From Camelus ferus (Eukaryota): 64,000 nt of DNA. The number at the start of each line of letters is the position of its first letter. The first letter of the stretch is position 1. Both the position numbers and the translations under genes were made by a program. The stretch lies in contig NC_045697.1 of the NCBI RefSeq assembly GCF_009834535.1, forward strand, positions 61,196,001 through 61,260,000. The letters are read 5' to 3'. This document shows positions 16,400-29,226 of this stretch, one piece after another. The notes under the pieces were generated by a model, which did not search any database, had not been told where the DNA came from, and was given only the letters and a program-made list of their open reading frames with translations.

Positions 16400-18070
16400 G
16401 GCTATTCAATACAAAAAAACCTTATGGAATATAAAGGAAACTAGTGGCCCTAACTCAGCATACATTAAAAAAAAAATTCCTGATTGCTCATTGATTTAAA
16501 TTTAAATACTATAAACAATAAGAGTTTTAAATATAATATATGCTATCTTTATAGTTAGAGGATAAAATATTTTAAAATAAGATAGAATATGTACAAAATG
16601 TAAATAAGAAAAAAATCAAGAAATCAGACTACATTATAACTAGCAGCTGTTTATTTTTACTACATTAAAAATAGCAGTAAGTGGGATAATATATAAAATA
16701 TAAGTACATGACAAATGATTCATTTCCAGAATATGATTACATCTATTTATCTATCTACCTACCTATCTTCTATACCACACAGACAGAGAGACAGACAGGC
16801 AGACACACACACACACATACACACACCACACACACAAAATTACAACAAAGATACAGACTACTCATTAAAAAAATTAGAAAAAGGCTTGAATGGGCATATT
16901 ATAAAACAGAATGTCCAAATGGCTGATAAGCATTAAAAATGTATTTAACTTCATTAGTTTTCAAGGAAATATAAACCAAACAACACACAAATTCACACAA
17001 TATGACACAACTTCTCATCTAAAAGAATGGTTGATATATTAGTTAACTATGGCCATAATAAAGCTATGTAAGAAATAAGTACATAATGTCAGCAGTATTC
17101 AATAGTGAGCATTTATTTAGCTTACCAGGTGTCAGGTCAGCTAAAGGTCAGCTAGTCTAGGGTAGGTTCCATTAGATGGATAGCTTTGCTCTGCTCCACG
17201 TGTCTTTCATACTTCTCCTGGGATCACATGGCTAATTTAGACATACACCTCTTGTGGACACTACTGAAACATAAGAAAGCAAGCCCAACCAAGCAAGCAT
17301 TTCTCATTACTCTACTTACATTGTGAAGCTAACATTTCATTGACCAAAGCAATTCACATGGACAGGACTAGAATCTAATGCCAGGGAATTACATTCTACT
17401 CTGAAGGGTAGGAAGTATTTTTTATTAATAATCTAATCTATTGCAGTGATGGCAATATCAAGTGTTGGTGAGTATGCAAATTATCTGGAACTCTCATAAT
17501 GATGGTGGAAGTGGAAATTGATGTAGCCACTTCAGATACTTATTCAGTATTATCTGAAAAAGCTGGACCAAGTTACAGTTTTGACCCAGCAATTCTATTA
17601 CAGTCATATACCCAAAAAGTGCCCCCAAATACGTGTGTATGTATATGTTAGTACTAACATACATAATAGCTAAAGTGTAATAAGTAAATTGATGTATATT
17701 CACATTATGGAATACTATCAAACCAGAATATATGAACCATTGCCTCTTTAAACAACATAAATGAATGTCACAGAATAATACTGAATAAAAAAAGCAAAAT
17801 TATATGAAATGATTCTATTTACAGAATTCAAAAACAGGCAAAAGTACATAATGTGTTAGACGACAGGATAGTGGTTATCTTTCAGAGAAACTATTACTTA
17901 AAGGGGGAATGAAGAGCTTCTTGGGTGCTAAGACAGTTCTGTTTGTCCATCTGGGGATTGTTATTTTTTTGTTTTTGTATTTGTTTTGCTTTATTTTATA
18001 TGTGTGAAAATTCATCAAACTGATCACTTGTTTGTTGTTTCATATATGAATGTTACACTTCAAAAAATAT
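16400..18070 (+). mobile_element. Ancient L1ME-like 3' remnants, interrupted by an LTR and a (CA)n tract
   Basis: tccaaatggctgataagca, tatcaagtgttggtgag, gacccagcaattcta and gaattcaaaaacaggcaaaa motifs; CA-rich tract at ~16775-16835. Confidence 0.65.
17035..17445 (-). mobile_element. MLT1J/K-like LTR
   Basis: gcatttatttagctt, ctgctccacgtgtct and cattgaccaaagcaattcacatgg motifs. Confidence 0.65.
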
Positions 18071-18645
18071 TAAAATGAAAATTAAGAGAATAATACACAC
18101 AAATTCCGGGACAATAATTAAAATAAAAGGAGGCTTTGAATGGTAGTCTGGAGAAGAACAGAAGATGATGAAGTGCTATTGGCAAAGTTCCAATTAAATT
18201 GGTTTGTGGGTTGAAGGATGTTCATTTTATTGCTTGTTTTTACCATGTAGATATATGTGTGTCAACATCTGTACAACTATTAGAAAATAATTAATAATCA
18301 TAAGCTTGCAAAATGATATAATAAAAAGAGAAAGAACCTCATGATTGACAGTGCAGATTATCAAATGATTTATGAAATAAATGACTAAACATGACTAATT
18401 TATGTCAATATGTCTTATATACTTGCATGATAATAAATCATATATTAGTAATTGTATATTTCAATAAACACACTAGTATTACACTAGTTATTTTACCACT
18501 TTCTGTTTGCTGTTTCACACTAAATTCTAAACATCCATTTAAGTTTTTTGTGGTTGTTGCCACTAATAGTCATATGACCGGGTCATATTTCATTAACCAA
18601 TCCTCTAGAGCACAAACAATGATGCAATAAACTGAAAGCCTTCCA

Positions 18646-18798
18646 TGGTTGACCCTTGAACAACACAGGTCTGAAATGCATGGGTCCACTTGTATGCAGA
18701 TTTTTTTTCACTCGTATGTACATAGTACTACCAGATCCACAGTTGGTTGGTGTAGAAGGTTGGTGCCCCTAACCCCAGTATTGTTCAAGGGTCAACAG
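18646..18798. mobile_element. Tigger2-derived MITE (TcMar-Tigger), about 150 bp
   Basis: Perfect 16-bp terminal inverted repeat gttgacccttgaacaa (18648-18663) / ttgttcaagggtcaac (18781-18796), with gggtccacttgtatgcagatttttttt internally. Confidence 0.88.
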
Positions 18799-18899
18799 TA
18801 TATAGATGCCTGTATTGTCCCATTCATGCAAATATGTTTGTGATAACAATTTTCAAGGATGAGAGTGTGGCAAAGAACTCTCAAGAATATTTCTGTCTA

Positions 18900-19065
18900 G
18901 GGGGGTGGGTATAGTTCAAGTGGTAGAGCACTTGCTTATCATGCATGAGGTCCTGGGTTCAATCCCCAGAACCTCAAATAAATAAACCTAGTTACCTCCC
19001 CCCACCAAAATAAAATAATTAAATAATACCATAGTAAATAAAACATAAAGTTTTTTTTAATTAAA
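18900..19065 (+). mobile_element. tRNA-derived SINE, Vic-1-like (camelid)
   Basis: Pol III A box (tagttcaagtgg) and B box (ggttcaatccc), then aaataaataaacctagttacctccccccaccaaaa and an A-rich tail. TSD aagaatatttctgtcta (18883-18899) / aaaaatatgtctgtcta (19066-19082). Confidence 0.88.
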
Positions 19066-20708
19066 AAAAATATGTCTGTCTATTAATAAATGATTCAAAA
19101 TGGTGCAGCAATTGAGTTCATGTTCCATCAATAGCATATAAACAGAATTTTTTCTTCATACCAAGAATTTTATCTTTGCCCATCTTTGCCTATTCATATA
19201 AGCTAGATAATTAAGATTGTTTTGGCATGGAGAAAAAAGCTCTTTCATATGACTGTTGATGGGATGTGAACATATATATTGGTAGAGATAAATATAGATA
19301 GGTAGGTAAGTAGATAGACACAGTTATTTTTTAAAGTCTATTTTAAACATCTTTATTAGTGAGGTTAATCATTTGTCATACAGTTCATTTTTTTTGCTCT
19401 CATTTATTTGAGATGTTCCTTTTCCTGATTGATTTATTAGTGTTTCTTTTATAATGAAAATAATGTGCACATTATATCTTTTGTTCATAGCACTAGATTT
19501 TGAATTTATCTTCCGGAAGTTTTGTTATGATTTTATTTCAACATAAGTCTCTGTTGGAATTTGTGCCAGTTTTCCCCAATGAATATTCACTCATAATTTA
19601 GTATCTATATTTTTGTTTAAAATTTTGAGTCAGCCAGAATTATTTTTGATGTAGGGACAGAGAAATCCAGCTTCATTTTATTTTCCAAATGGCTAGCCAG
19701 ATAACTGTTGCATTGAATAAGAAATTAATTTAATTTCCACTAATTTGAAAGGTTTATCATATATTAAATTTAGGTATTTTATATACAAAATCTGCATCTT
19801 AGGATAGTTTAAACATACAGTGATTATGCAATTCTTTTTACTTTATAGCAAAATTTAAGCCATTTCAGGTAAAAGTTGAGCCTACTTGGAAAGTATATAG
19901 TTGTAGATCATTGTATTCAACATGCTCTTCCATTTCTTTACCCTAAATCTCCCTGCACTTTGAAAGTCTTCACTTGTGTATAAATAGTTTTGGTGACAAC
20001 ATGCAAATATCTAATGTTGGAAACGAAATGACAGATTTATATTAAATTTTGTAGATGCTTAGAAAACATCATTTTTTTCAGCCTTATTTTTGGGTTTACT
20101 TCTTATATGTAATATATCTATGGAGAAAATGAAGCTCTTCAGTAACATAAATATAGGATCTTTATTCTTACATATGCTTTTTCATCTGATACGTGTAAAC
20201 AGTCTTGAATTCATTTCAGGGAATGTATATAGCAAATCTAGCCAACAATACATATTCACCAATGTAAAAACCAGCTTGAAATCTTGTGTTCTTGCTATGT
20301 AAAAATTATTTTTTCTTCTCCTTTTCATGATAGTCAGTTTAGAACAAACTTGTATATTAGGAATCAGGGAAAGTAATGAAGATTATATAGTATGTATCGG
20401 TAAATGGGCTGAAAATGTTTTTTGATTGACCCTTTCTTTATAAATATGATTTGGGATTTCAAGAAGGGCATTTTAGAAATGCCACTCAGTATATTCAGCA
20501 AATGTTACCTTCTATCACAGAGGATAAGCTCCGAATGTGATCTGAGTTAAAAGGAACCATGAGAGAATAGCTTGTAAATGACACTTTAGCTTTTCAGTCT
20601 TGATTGAGTTCAATACTGAATTTGAGAACAGTATAGCTGCGTTTGTAAGCAAACTTTACTTCTTGTTTTGTATTATTATTAAGTGTTTTCCCTTAACATT
20701 CAGGAAAA

Positions 20709-20798
20709 CTAGTTTTTCTATTGTAGTATTTAATTTCTCTGTTGCCTTGTTTATTTTCTGTCTGGAAGATCTGTCTAGTGATGTTAATGCAGTGTTAA
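20709..20798 (-). mobile_element. 90-bp internal fragment of young L1 ORF2 EN domain with a 15-bp TSD and no poly(A)
   Basis: Identical to 4721-4810; flanked by ttaacattcaggaaa at 20693-20707 and 20795-20809. Confidence 0.93.
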
Positions 20799-21609
20799 CA
20801 TTCAGGAAATTATTGCTTCTTCCACTAAAGTCTGTATTTCACTTTTGTACTGAAATAGATTTTAAAACTTTGGATAGGTAGTCTTGAAATCGTAACTGTT
20901 CTTGTGATCATTCCTTGTATTTCCACAGAATTAATTTTGCTGTGAAACTTTTCCAGGAATCCTTTAGCAGGAGGTTCTCCCATCTTTTCTGGACCTTTGT
21001 GCTCTTAATACTGTTGCTCACTGCCCTTACCATCAAAGATACAGAGATAGGAAAATCCATTAAACCTTTATTTTGCATTTGTTCCTTTGCTCCATTATTC
21101 AGTCTTTGTAATGACAAAGGATCATATCTACAAAATCTATGCAATAACAAAGTTTTCAAATGACAATTCATATAAAAATATTCAGTGAATAAACAAAACA
21201 AATTATTCTAAGCCATATTCTTTAGACCCAGCATGAAATCAGATTCATCTCCACAGATTATCCTCATTTATGTTTTTCTTATTCACATTGTGCTATCACA
21301 GCACTCAGAGAAAACAAATTATGATTATTATTTTTAAATTCCACTAAGAATTAGGATAACTCAGAAGTTTTTGATTACTCTAATCTAACTTCTAGTAATG
21401 AATCAATAACATGGGCCATCCTTACATAATTAAATTAAGATCAACATCTTGAGAGTCACATGATGCAAGGTGCTGTACAAAAAAATGGCTTGGTAGTGGC
21501 CTAGGGATACCACTCAAGGGACATAATCTGGTAGCTTACAATGGATGTCTCAGAAAAATCTTTAAGCCTCTTAGTCAAATGATCAACTACCATAATCCTA
21601 CTTTTAATA

Positions 21610-21980
21610 ATTAGTGGCTGATGGTTAGGGGTTGCTTTCAGCCCCTCAAGGCTGCTTTATTTTCCCTGCACATGGTCCCTTACATCTTTAAAACCAGGAA
21701 AGATCTGTGGAATCTTTTTGCTTTGAATACCTTTTACCTCCCATTCTGCTACTAGGTAGAGAAGTATCTCTGCTTTTAAAGGGTTCGTATAATCAGATTA
21801 GACCCACCAGGATAATTTCCACTTTGATTAACTCAGTGTCAACTGATTAGAGACCTTAATTACATCTACAAAATTCATTTTACTCTGTAACGATATAGTC
21901 ATGGGCAAAATGTCTCTAAACCTAAGGTCATGGGGATTGAGAAAAATGTTGAGGGACAATTTTAGAATATGCCTGTCATA
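21610..21980 (-). mobile_element. MLT1E/F-like LTR remnant
   Basis: tctgcttttaaaggg...cccaccaggataat...gattaactca..gtcaactgattagagaccttaattacatctacaaaat. Confidence 0.7.
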
Positions 21981-21999
21981 GGAGTTGATCTTCCATTCC

Positions 22000-23420
22000 C
22001 TACTTGGGACAAAGAGGCAATTGCTCTAATTCTACTGCTAGGGTACATTCATGAAGGTCCAGCAGAGATCTGAGCTACCAACCACACTCAGCAGCAGGAA
22101 TACTTAACAAGGTGGTAGAAGGTGGTTTAGTTAGCTCTTCACTACCCTGTCCTGGTACCAATCAGGACCTAATGAGGAGCTGAGCCTTCACTCCATCCAG
22201 CAGCAACAAGACTGAATGAAACTGTGTGAGGGAAGGCTACTCAGCTCCTCCGGTCTCCTCTACGCAACCTTGGTGTCAACAGGGAACTAATCTTCACCCT
22301 CATCTAACTCCAGTGTACCCAAAACAGGTAACTGCCTGCTAAAAAAGATAATATGCACCCCAGAGTCTCACAATATAATACCCCAATATTCACGTGCAAT
22401 AAAAAAAATCACTTTTACAAATAATCAGGATAATCACAACATGTAATAAAGTACGATTAACAGACATCAACATTGAGATTACTGAGACATTGTAGTTACC
22501 TGACAAGGATTTTAAAATCATGATCCATAAAAAATTCATCCAATGAGCAATTACAAGCACTCTAGAAAACAAGTGAAAAAACAGAACATCTTGGCAAAAG
22601 AATTAAGGATATAAAAAGAAACAAAAAGAAATCACCAGATCTGAAAAATATAGTAACCAAAGTGGGGATGAGGGGGGTGGGCTGGAAATACCTCAATGGA
22701 TGGGCTCAATAGCAGAATGAAATGACAGAGGAAAAAAATCAGTGAACTCAAAGATATATAAATAGACATTACCCAATCTGAATAATTTGAAAGACAGAGA
22801 GAATATAGACTTAAGAATAGAGCCCCAAGGACCTGAAGACCAATACAGGACTATCTATCTAGCATTCATATCATCGGAATCCTAGAGAGGAGAAAGAATG
22901 CGAAGCTCATACAAGAACCTGGGTGGATCTCAAGGCATTTTGCTGAGTGTTAAAGAGCCAATCTCAAAAGGCTAGATATTATATCATTTCATTTATTTAA
23001 TATTTCTGAATAGCAAAATTTTAGAAAGAGACAATAGATTGGTGGTTTCCAGAGGCTAGGTACAGAGGTGAGAGAAAGTTTGGGCATGGCTATGAAGGGT
23101 TAGCCTGATGGACCCTATGGTGGTGCAACAGTTCTGTATCTTAAGTGTGGTGGTAGTCATACGAATCTATAGATGTGATAAAAAAAGGCATAGCACTAAC
23201 ATATCACACATACAAACACACACATACAAAGGAATTTTGTGGAACGTATACCAATGTGAATCTCCTGGTTTTGATGCTGTACTATGATTATTGATGATGT
23301 AGTGGGAAAACCTGGGTGAAGCATGCATAGAATCTCACTGTACTTTTTTGTCATGGTTCAGTTTTTGTTTGTTGTTTTTTGCAACTAACTGTGAATCTAT
23401 ACTCACCTCAAAATAAAAGA
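22000..23420 (+). mobile_element. Old L1 pieces: 5'/ORF1-like region followed by an L1MD-like 3'UTR
   Basis: tgacaaggattttaaa, aatggatgggctcaatagcagaatg and tcagtgaactcaaagat; then gatctcaaggcattttgctgagtg...gccaatctcaaaaggct...tgtgaatctata. Confidence 0.7.
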
Positions 23421-24886
23421 AAATTGTTGAACAACTATTCTTTCATATAATTGGTCTACTTTCTGTATCTCAGTTTACCTGTCCTTTAAAATATTTTCAT
23501 TTGGTTAAAATTATTTATCAAGAATTTGTCCTAATAAACATCCTGAAAACCTGTGTTGGCTCTTCTCCTTAGACAGCTAATAATAAAATAGCCTACTTTT
23601 ATCATTTTCATCCTATGACTAAATTTTTGTGTTTTCTTTTCCAGCTACTTACTGAATAGATTCATACTAACTAGATAAAAATGATGCCAAGAAAATACAT
23701 TTCAGATCCATGAGTCTATCTGTATAACTGGGTATGTGGACCCTAGATCTCTAGTGAATCAAAATGGTCCATTGCAATTGTCCTAAGTTTGAGCAGATCA
23801 TTGGGATTTCTAAAATTGACTCTTTATCCTATTGTTTCTTTTTACCTATAAAATAGTGATGCTTTCCTTACCTTGTAAAAATTTTGTAAGGAGTAACTAC
23901 TAAACTTGTATTACGGAGTTTTAGAAGTCTGTGTGTAGTTTTCATTGCATGCTATAACAAATACAGAAGGGAGGAGTAAATACTGATATTGTAGAATATC
24001 TGAGGATCCTAATGCCAAAGGCAATTAAAAAAGAAATGTCCTTAAAGAGAAAAGTAATTATGATAATTTAAAAGAGATGTTCAACCCAGTAATTTAAGTT
24101 AAAAATCTATAGTCTCCAGATTTAAAAAAAAATGACATTTATAGACGTGTTTAAGCAACATTATAATCTCATTATAAAAATATTACTAAACATGGTCAAC
24201 ACCTACATTTAAAATAAGGACTTAAAAAAGTAAAATTGGTGTTCAGAAGGAAAATGTTTAACATTTTGTATTTTATGCCAACAAAAAGGAAACCTAAGGT
24301 AATTAGCAGATATTTCTTCCCAAGTTACTATCTCAAGCAAAAAGCACCAACACATTACAAATAGAAGTACATATAATCAGGAATGTTAAAATCCTTTGAG
24401 AGGTTTGAAAATTCACCCAGTAAATCACCAAAGAAAAGTCAAAGGTTTTATAATGCCTTCTGTTGTGTGTATTTGATGACTGTGTTTCGGCTTGTTTGGG
24501 GTGAACAAAGTGGTGCCCTCAAGTTGTATTAATGAGGAGAAAATTGCAACATAGAAAAGATCAAGGCTTCAATTAAAGTTGACCTGAACAAAGGCAGGAG
24601 AACAGTATAGTAGCATGAAAATTTCCTTATATAGCTCTTAACGAAATATTCAGTTAGAAAGACTTAAAAAATGGAAATTAACCATAAATTACTGCAGTGA
24701 AGAATTATGTAATTAACTTTTTTTTTCATTTTCTAGTCAAATTATATACATAAAAGAATAACTTTTTAATTTGAATCATAAGAATATCACTGCATTTAGA
24801 TTTGCAGGATATTTCATTTTTATTCTTTTCATAGTTACATTGAGTCATAATTACCAGTAACCCATTAATTAAATATCAAAAATATT

Positions 24887-27800
24887 TTTTTAACATTTTT
24901 TATTGATTTATAATCATTTTACAATGTTGTGTCAAATTCCAGTTTTCAGCACAATTTTTCATTCATGGACATATACACACTCATTGTCACATTTTTTTCT
25001 CTGTGAGTTATCATAACATTTTGTGTATATTTCCCTGTGCTATACAGTGTAATCTTGTTTATCTATTCTACAGTTTTGAAATCCCAGTCTATCCCTTCCC
25101 ACCCTCCACCCCCCTGACAACCACAAGTCTGTATTCTCTGTCTGTGGTCTATTTCTGTGCTGTATTTACGCTTTGTTTTTGTTTGTTTGTTTGTTTTTAT
25201 TTTTGTTTTTTAGATTCCACATATGAGCGATCTCATATGGTATTTTTCTTTCTCTTTCTGGCTTACTTCACTTAGAATGACATTCTCCAGGAGCATCCAT
25301 GTTGCTGCAAATGGCATTATGTTGTCGGTTTTTATGGCTGAGTAGTATTCCATTGTATAAATATACCACCTCTTCTTTATCCAGTCACCTGTTGATGGAC
25401 ATTTAGGCTGTTTCCATGTTTTGGCTATTGTAAATAGTGCTGCTATGAACATTGGGGTGCAGGTGTCATCCTGAAGTAGGTAGGGTTCCTTCTGGATACA
25501 AGCCCAGGAGTGGGATTCCTGGGTCATATGGTAAGTCTATTCCTAGTCTTTTAAGGAATCTCCACACTGTTTTCCATAGTGGCTGCACCAAACTGCATTC
25601 CCACCAGCAGTGTAGGAGGGTTCCCCTTTCTCCACAGCCTCTCCAGCATTTGTCATTTGTGGATTTTTGAATGACGGCCATTCTGACTGGTGTGAGGTGA
25701 TACCTCATTGTAGTTTTGATTTGCATTTCTCTGATAATTAGTGATATTGAGCATTTTTTCATGTGCTTTTTGATCATTTGTATGTCTTCCTTGGAGAATT
25801 GCTTGTTTAGGTCTTCTGCCCATTTTTGGATTGGGTTGTTTATTTTTTTCTTATTGAGTCGTATGACCTGCTTATATATTCTGGAGATCAAGCCTTTGTC
25901 GGTTTCACTTGCAAAAATTTTCTCCCATTCCATAGGTTTTCTTCTTGTTTTATTTCTGGTTTCCTTTGCTGTGCAGAAGCTAGTAAGTTTCATTAGGTCC
26001 CATTTGTTTATTCTTGCTTTTATTTCTTCTAGGAGAAAATTTTTGAAATGTATGTCAGATAATGTTTTGCCTATGTTTTCCTCTAGGAGGTTTATTGTAT
26101 CTTGTCTTATGTTTAAGTCTTTGATCCATTTTGAGTTGATTTTTGTATATGGTGTAAGGGAGTGTTCTAGCTTCATTGTTTTACATGCTGCTGTCCAGTT
26201 TTCCCAACACCATTTGCTAAAGAGACTGTCTTTATTCCAATGTATATTCTTGCCTCCTTTGTCAAAGATGAGTTGACCAAAAGTTTGTGGGTTCATTTCT
26301 GGGCTCTCTATTCTGTTCCATTGGTCTATATGTCTGTTTTGGTACCAATACCATGCTGTCTTGATGACTGTAGCTCTATAGTATTGTCTGAAGTCTGGGA
26401 GAGTTATTCCTCCAGCCTCTTTCTTTCTCTTCAGTAATGCTTTGGCAATTCTAGGTCTTTGATGGTTCCATATGAATTTTATTATGATTTTTTCTAGTTC
26501 TGTGAAATATGTCCTGGGTAATTGAATAGGGATTGCATTAAGTCTGTAGATTGCCTTGGGCAGTGTGACCATTTTGACAATATTGATTCTTCCAATCCAA
26601 GAGCATTGGATATCTTTCCATTTTTAAAGTCTTCTTTAATTTCCTTCATCAGTGGTTTATAGTTTTCTGTGTATAATTCTTTCACCTCCTTGGTTAGATT
26701 TATTCCCAGATATTTTATTATTTTGGGTGCTATTTTAAAGGGGATTGTTTCTTTACTTTCTTCTTCTGTTGATTTATCGTTAGTGTAAAGAAATGCAACT
26801 GATTTTTGAACGTTAATTTTGTAACCTGCTACCTTGCTGAATTCTTCAATGAGCTCTACTAGCTTTTCTGTGGACCTTTTAGGGTTTTCTATATATAGTA
26901 ACATGTCATCAGCATATAATGACACTTTTACCTCTTCTTTTCCAATTTGGATCCCTTTTATTTCTTTCTCTTGCCTGACTGCTGTGGCTAGGACTTCCAG
27001 GACTATGTTGAATAGGAGTGGTGATAGTGGCCATCCTTGTCTTGTCCCAGATTTTAGTGGGAAGCTTTTGAGTTTTTCACCGTTGAGTACTATGCTGGCT
27101 GTAGGTTTGTCATATATAGCTTTTATTATGTTGAGATATGTTCCCTCTATACCCACTTTGGCGAGAGTTTTTATCATAAATGGGTGTTGAATTTTATCAA
27201 ATGCTTTTTCTGCATCAATTGAGATGATCATGTAGTTTTTGTCCTTTCTCTTGTTGATGTGATGTATTACATTGATTGATTTGCGTATGTTGAACCAGCC
27301 TTGTGTCCCTGGGATGAACCTCACTTGGTCATGATGTATAATCTTTTTTATGTGTTGTTGGATTCTATTTGCTAAAATTTTGGTGAGGATTTTGGCGTCT
27401 ATGTTCATCAGTGATATTGGCCTATAATTCTCTTTTTTTGTAGTGTCTTTGCCTGGTTTTGGTATCAGGGTGATGGTGGCTTCATAGAATGAGTTTGGGA
27501 GTATTCCCTCCTTTTCAATCGTCTGGAAGGGTTTGAGAAGGACTGGTGTGAGTTCTTCTTTGTATGTTTGGTAGAATTCCCCGGTGAAGCCGTCCGGTCC
27601 TGGACTTTTATTTGTAGGGAGGTTTTTAATTGCTATTTCTATTTCCTTTCTAGTGATCGGATTGTTCAAGTGTTCAGATTCTTCTTGATTCAGTTTTGGT
27701 GGACAGTATGTTTCCAGAAACTCGTCCATCTCCTCTAGGTTATCCAGTTTGGTTCCATATAATTTTTCATAATATTCTCGTATGATATTCTGTATTTCTA

Positions 27801-29226
27801 TTTTGTTTGTTGTAATTTCTCCATTTTCCTTTCTTATTTTGCTAATTTGTGCTCTCTCTTTTTTCTTCTTTGTGAGTTTGGCCAGAGGTTTGTCGATTTT
27901 ATTTACTTTTTCAAAAAACCAGCTTTTGGTTTGGTTGATTTTTTCTATGGTCTTGTTAATCTCTATTGTATTTAATTCCTCTCTGATCTTTATTATTTCC
28001 TTCCTTCTGCTGCTTTTTTGGGGCTTTTTGTTCTTGTTTTTCTAATTCATTCAGGTGGTGGGTTAAATTGTTTATTTGAGATTGTTCTCCTTTTTTGAGG
28101 AAGGCCTGTATCGCTATAAACTTCCCTCTTAGCACTGCCTTTGCTGTGTCCCATAGGTTTTGAGTGGTTGTGCTTTCATTATCATTTGTCTCAAGGTATT
28201 TTTTAATTTCAGCTTTGATTTCCTCATTGATCCATTGTTTTTTCAATAACATATTGTTTAATCTCCATGCTTTCCTTTTTTTCTCCTTTGTTTCTCTGTT
28301 GTTGATTTCCAGTTTCATGGCATTGTGGTCAGTAAAGATGCTTGAGATAATTTCTATCTTCTTAAAATTGTTGAGGTTTCCTTTGTGCCCAAGTACATGA
28401 TCGATCCTGGAAAATGTTCCATGTGCACTTGAAAAGAATGTATATCCTATTTTTTGGGGGTGTAATGCTCTGAAAATATCCACCAGATCTAGTTTTTCTA
28501 TTGTAGTATTTATTTTCTCTGTTGCCTTGTTTATTTTCTGTCTGGAAGATCTGTCTAGTGATGTTAATTCAGTGTTAAAATCTCCAACTATGATTGTATT
28601 CCCATCAATATCCCCCTTTATCTCTGTTAGTAATGCTTGTATGTACTTAGGTGCTCCTATATTGGGTGCATATATATTAATGAGTGTAATATCCTCATCT
28701 TGTATCACTCCTTTAATCGTTATAAAATGTCCTTCTTTATCTTTCTTTATGGCCTTTGTTTTAAAGTCTATTTTGTCTGAAATCAGTACTGCAACACCTG
28801 CTTTTTTGGCTTTTCCATTTGCATGGAATATCCTTTTCCATCCTTTCACTCTCAATCTACATGTGTCCTTCTCCCTAAAGTGGGTCTCTTGTATGCAGCA
28901 TATTGAAGGTTCTTGCTTTATTATCCAGTCTGCCACTCTGTGTCTTTTGACTGGAGCATTTAGTCCATTAACACTTACAGTAATTAATGATAGATGTGTG
29001 TTTATTGTCATTTTGAACTTTGCAGTTGAATTGGTATATCCTCTTTGTTCCTTTCTTCTTCCTTTTGTGGTTTGGTAATTTTCCTTTGTATTATCATGGA
29101 TTTTATTTAATTTCTGTTTTTAATAATAAAAAAAGTTATAGTAATGGGTTAATAGATTTACAAAAAAGGGTAACCACAAGCCAAAAATTTACAAAGGAGT
29201 CACAGAAATTAAATAAAATCACAGAA
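24887..29226 (-). mobile_element. Young LINE-1, 5'-truncated with a short 5' inversion (copy B)
   Basis: Same element as copy A. TSD atcaaaaatatt at 24875-24886 and 29227-29238; the minus strand at the 5' flank reads gttt/aaaaat, matching the L1 endonuclease consensus. Confidence 0.97.
25210..29011 (-). pseudogene. L1 ORF2 (APE endonuclease + reverse transcriptase + CCHC domain), near full length with about 3 frameshifts
   Basis: ORFs 27956-29011 (EN), 26494-27729 (RT, YADD), 25466-26572 (CCHC) and 25210-25527 (C-terminus) cover nearly all of ORF2. Frameshifts lie near 28015, 26620 and 25477-25484 (tagg duplication). Confidence 0.95.

Noticed and set aside
18900..18972. tRNA gene
   Set aside because: The acceptor stem is degenerate, and it has a SINE body, A-rich tail and TSD, so it is a tRNA-derived SINE.
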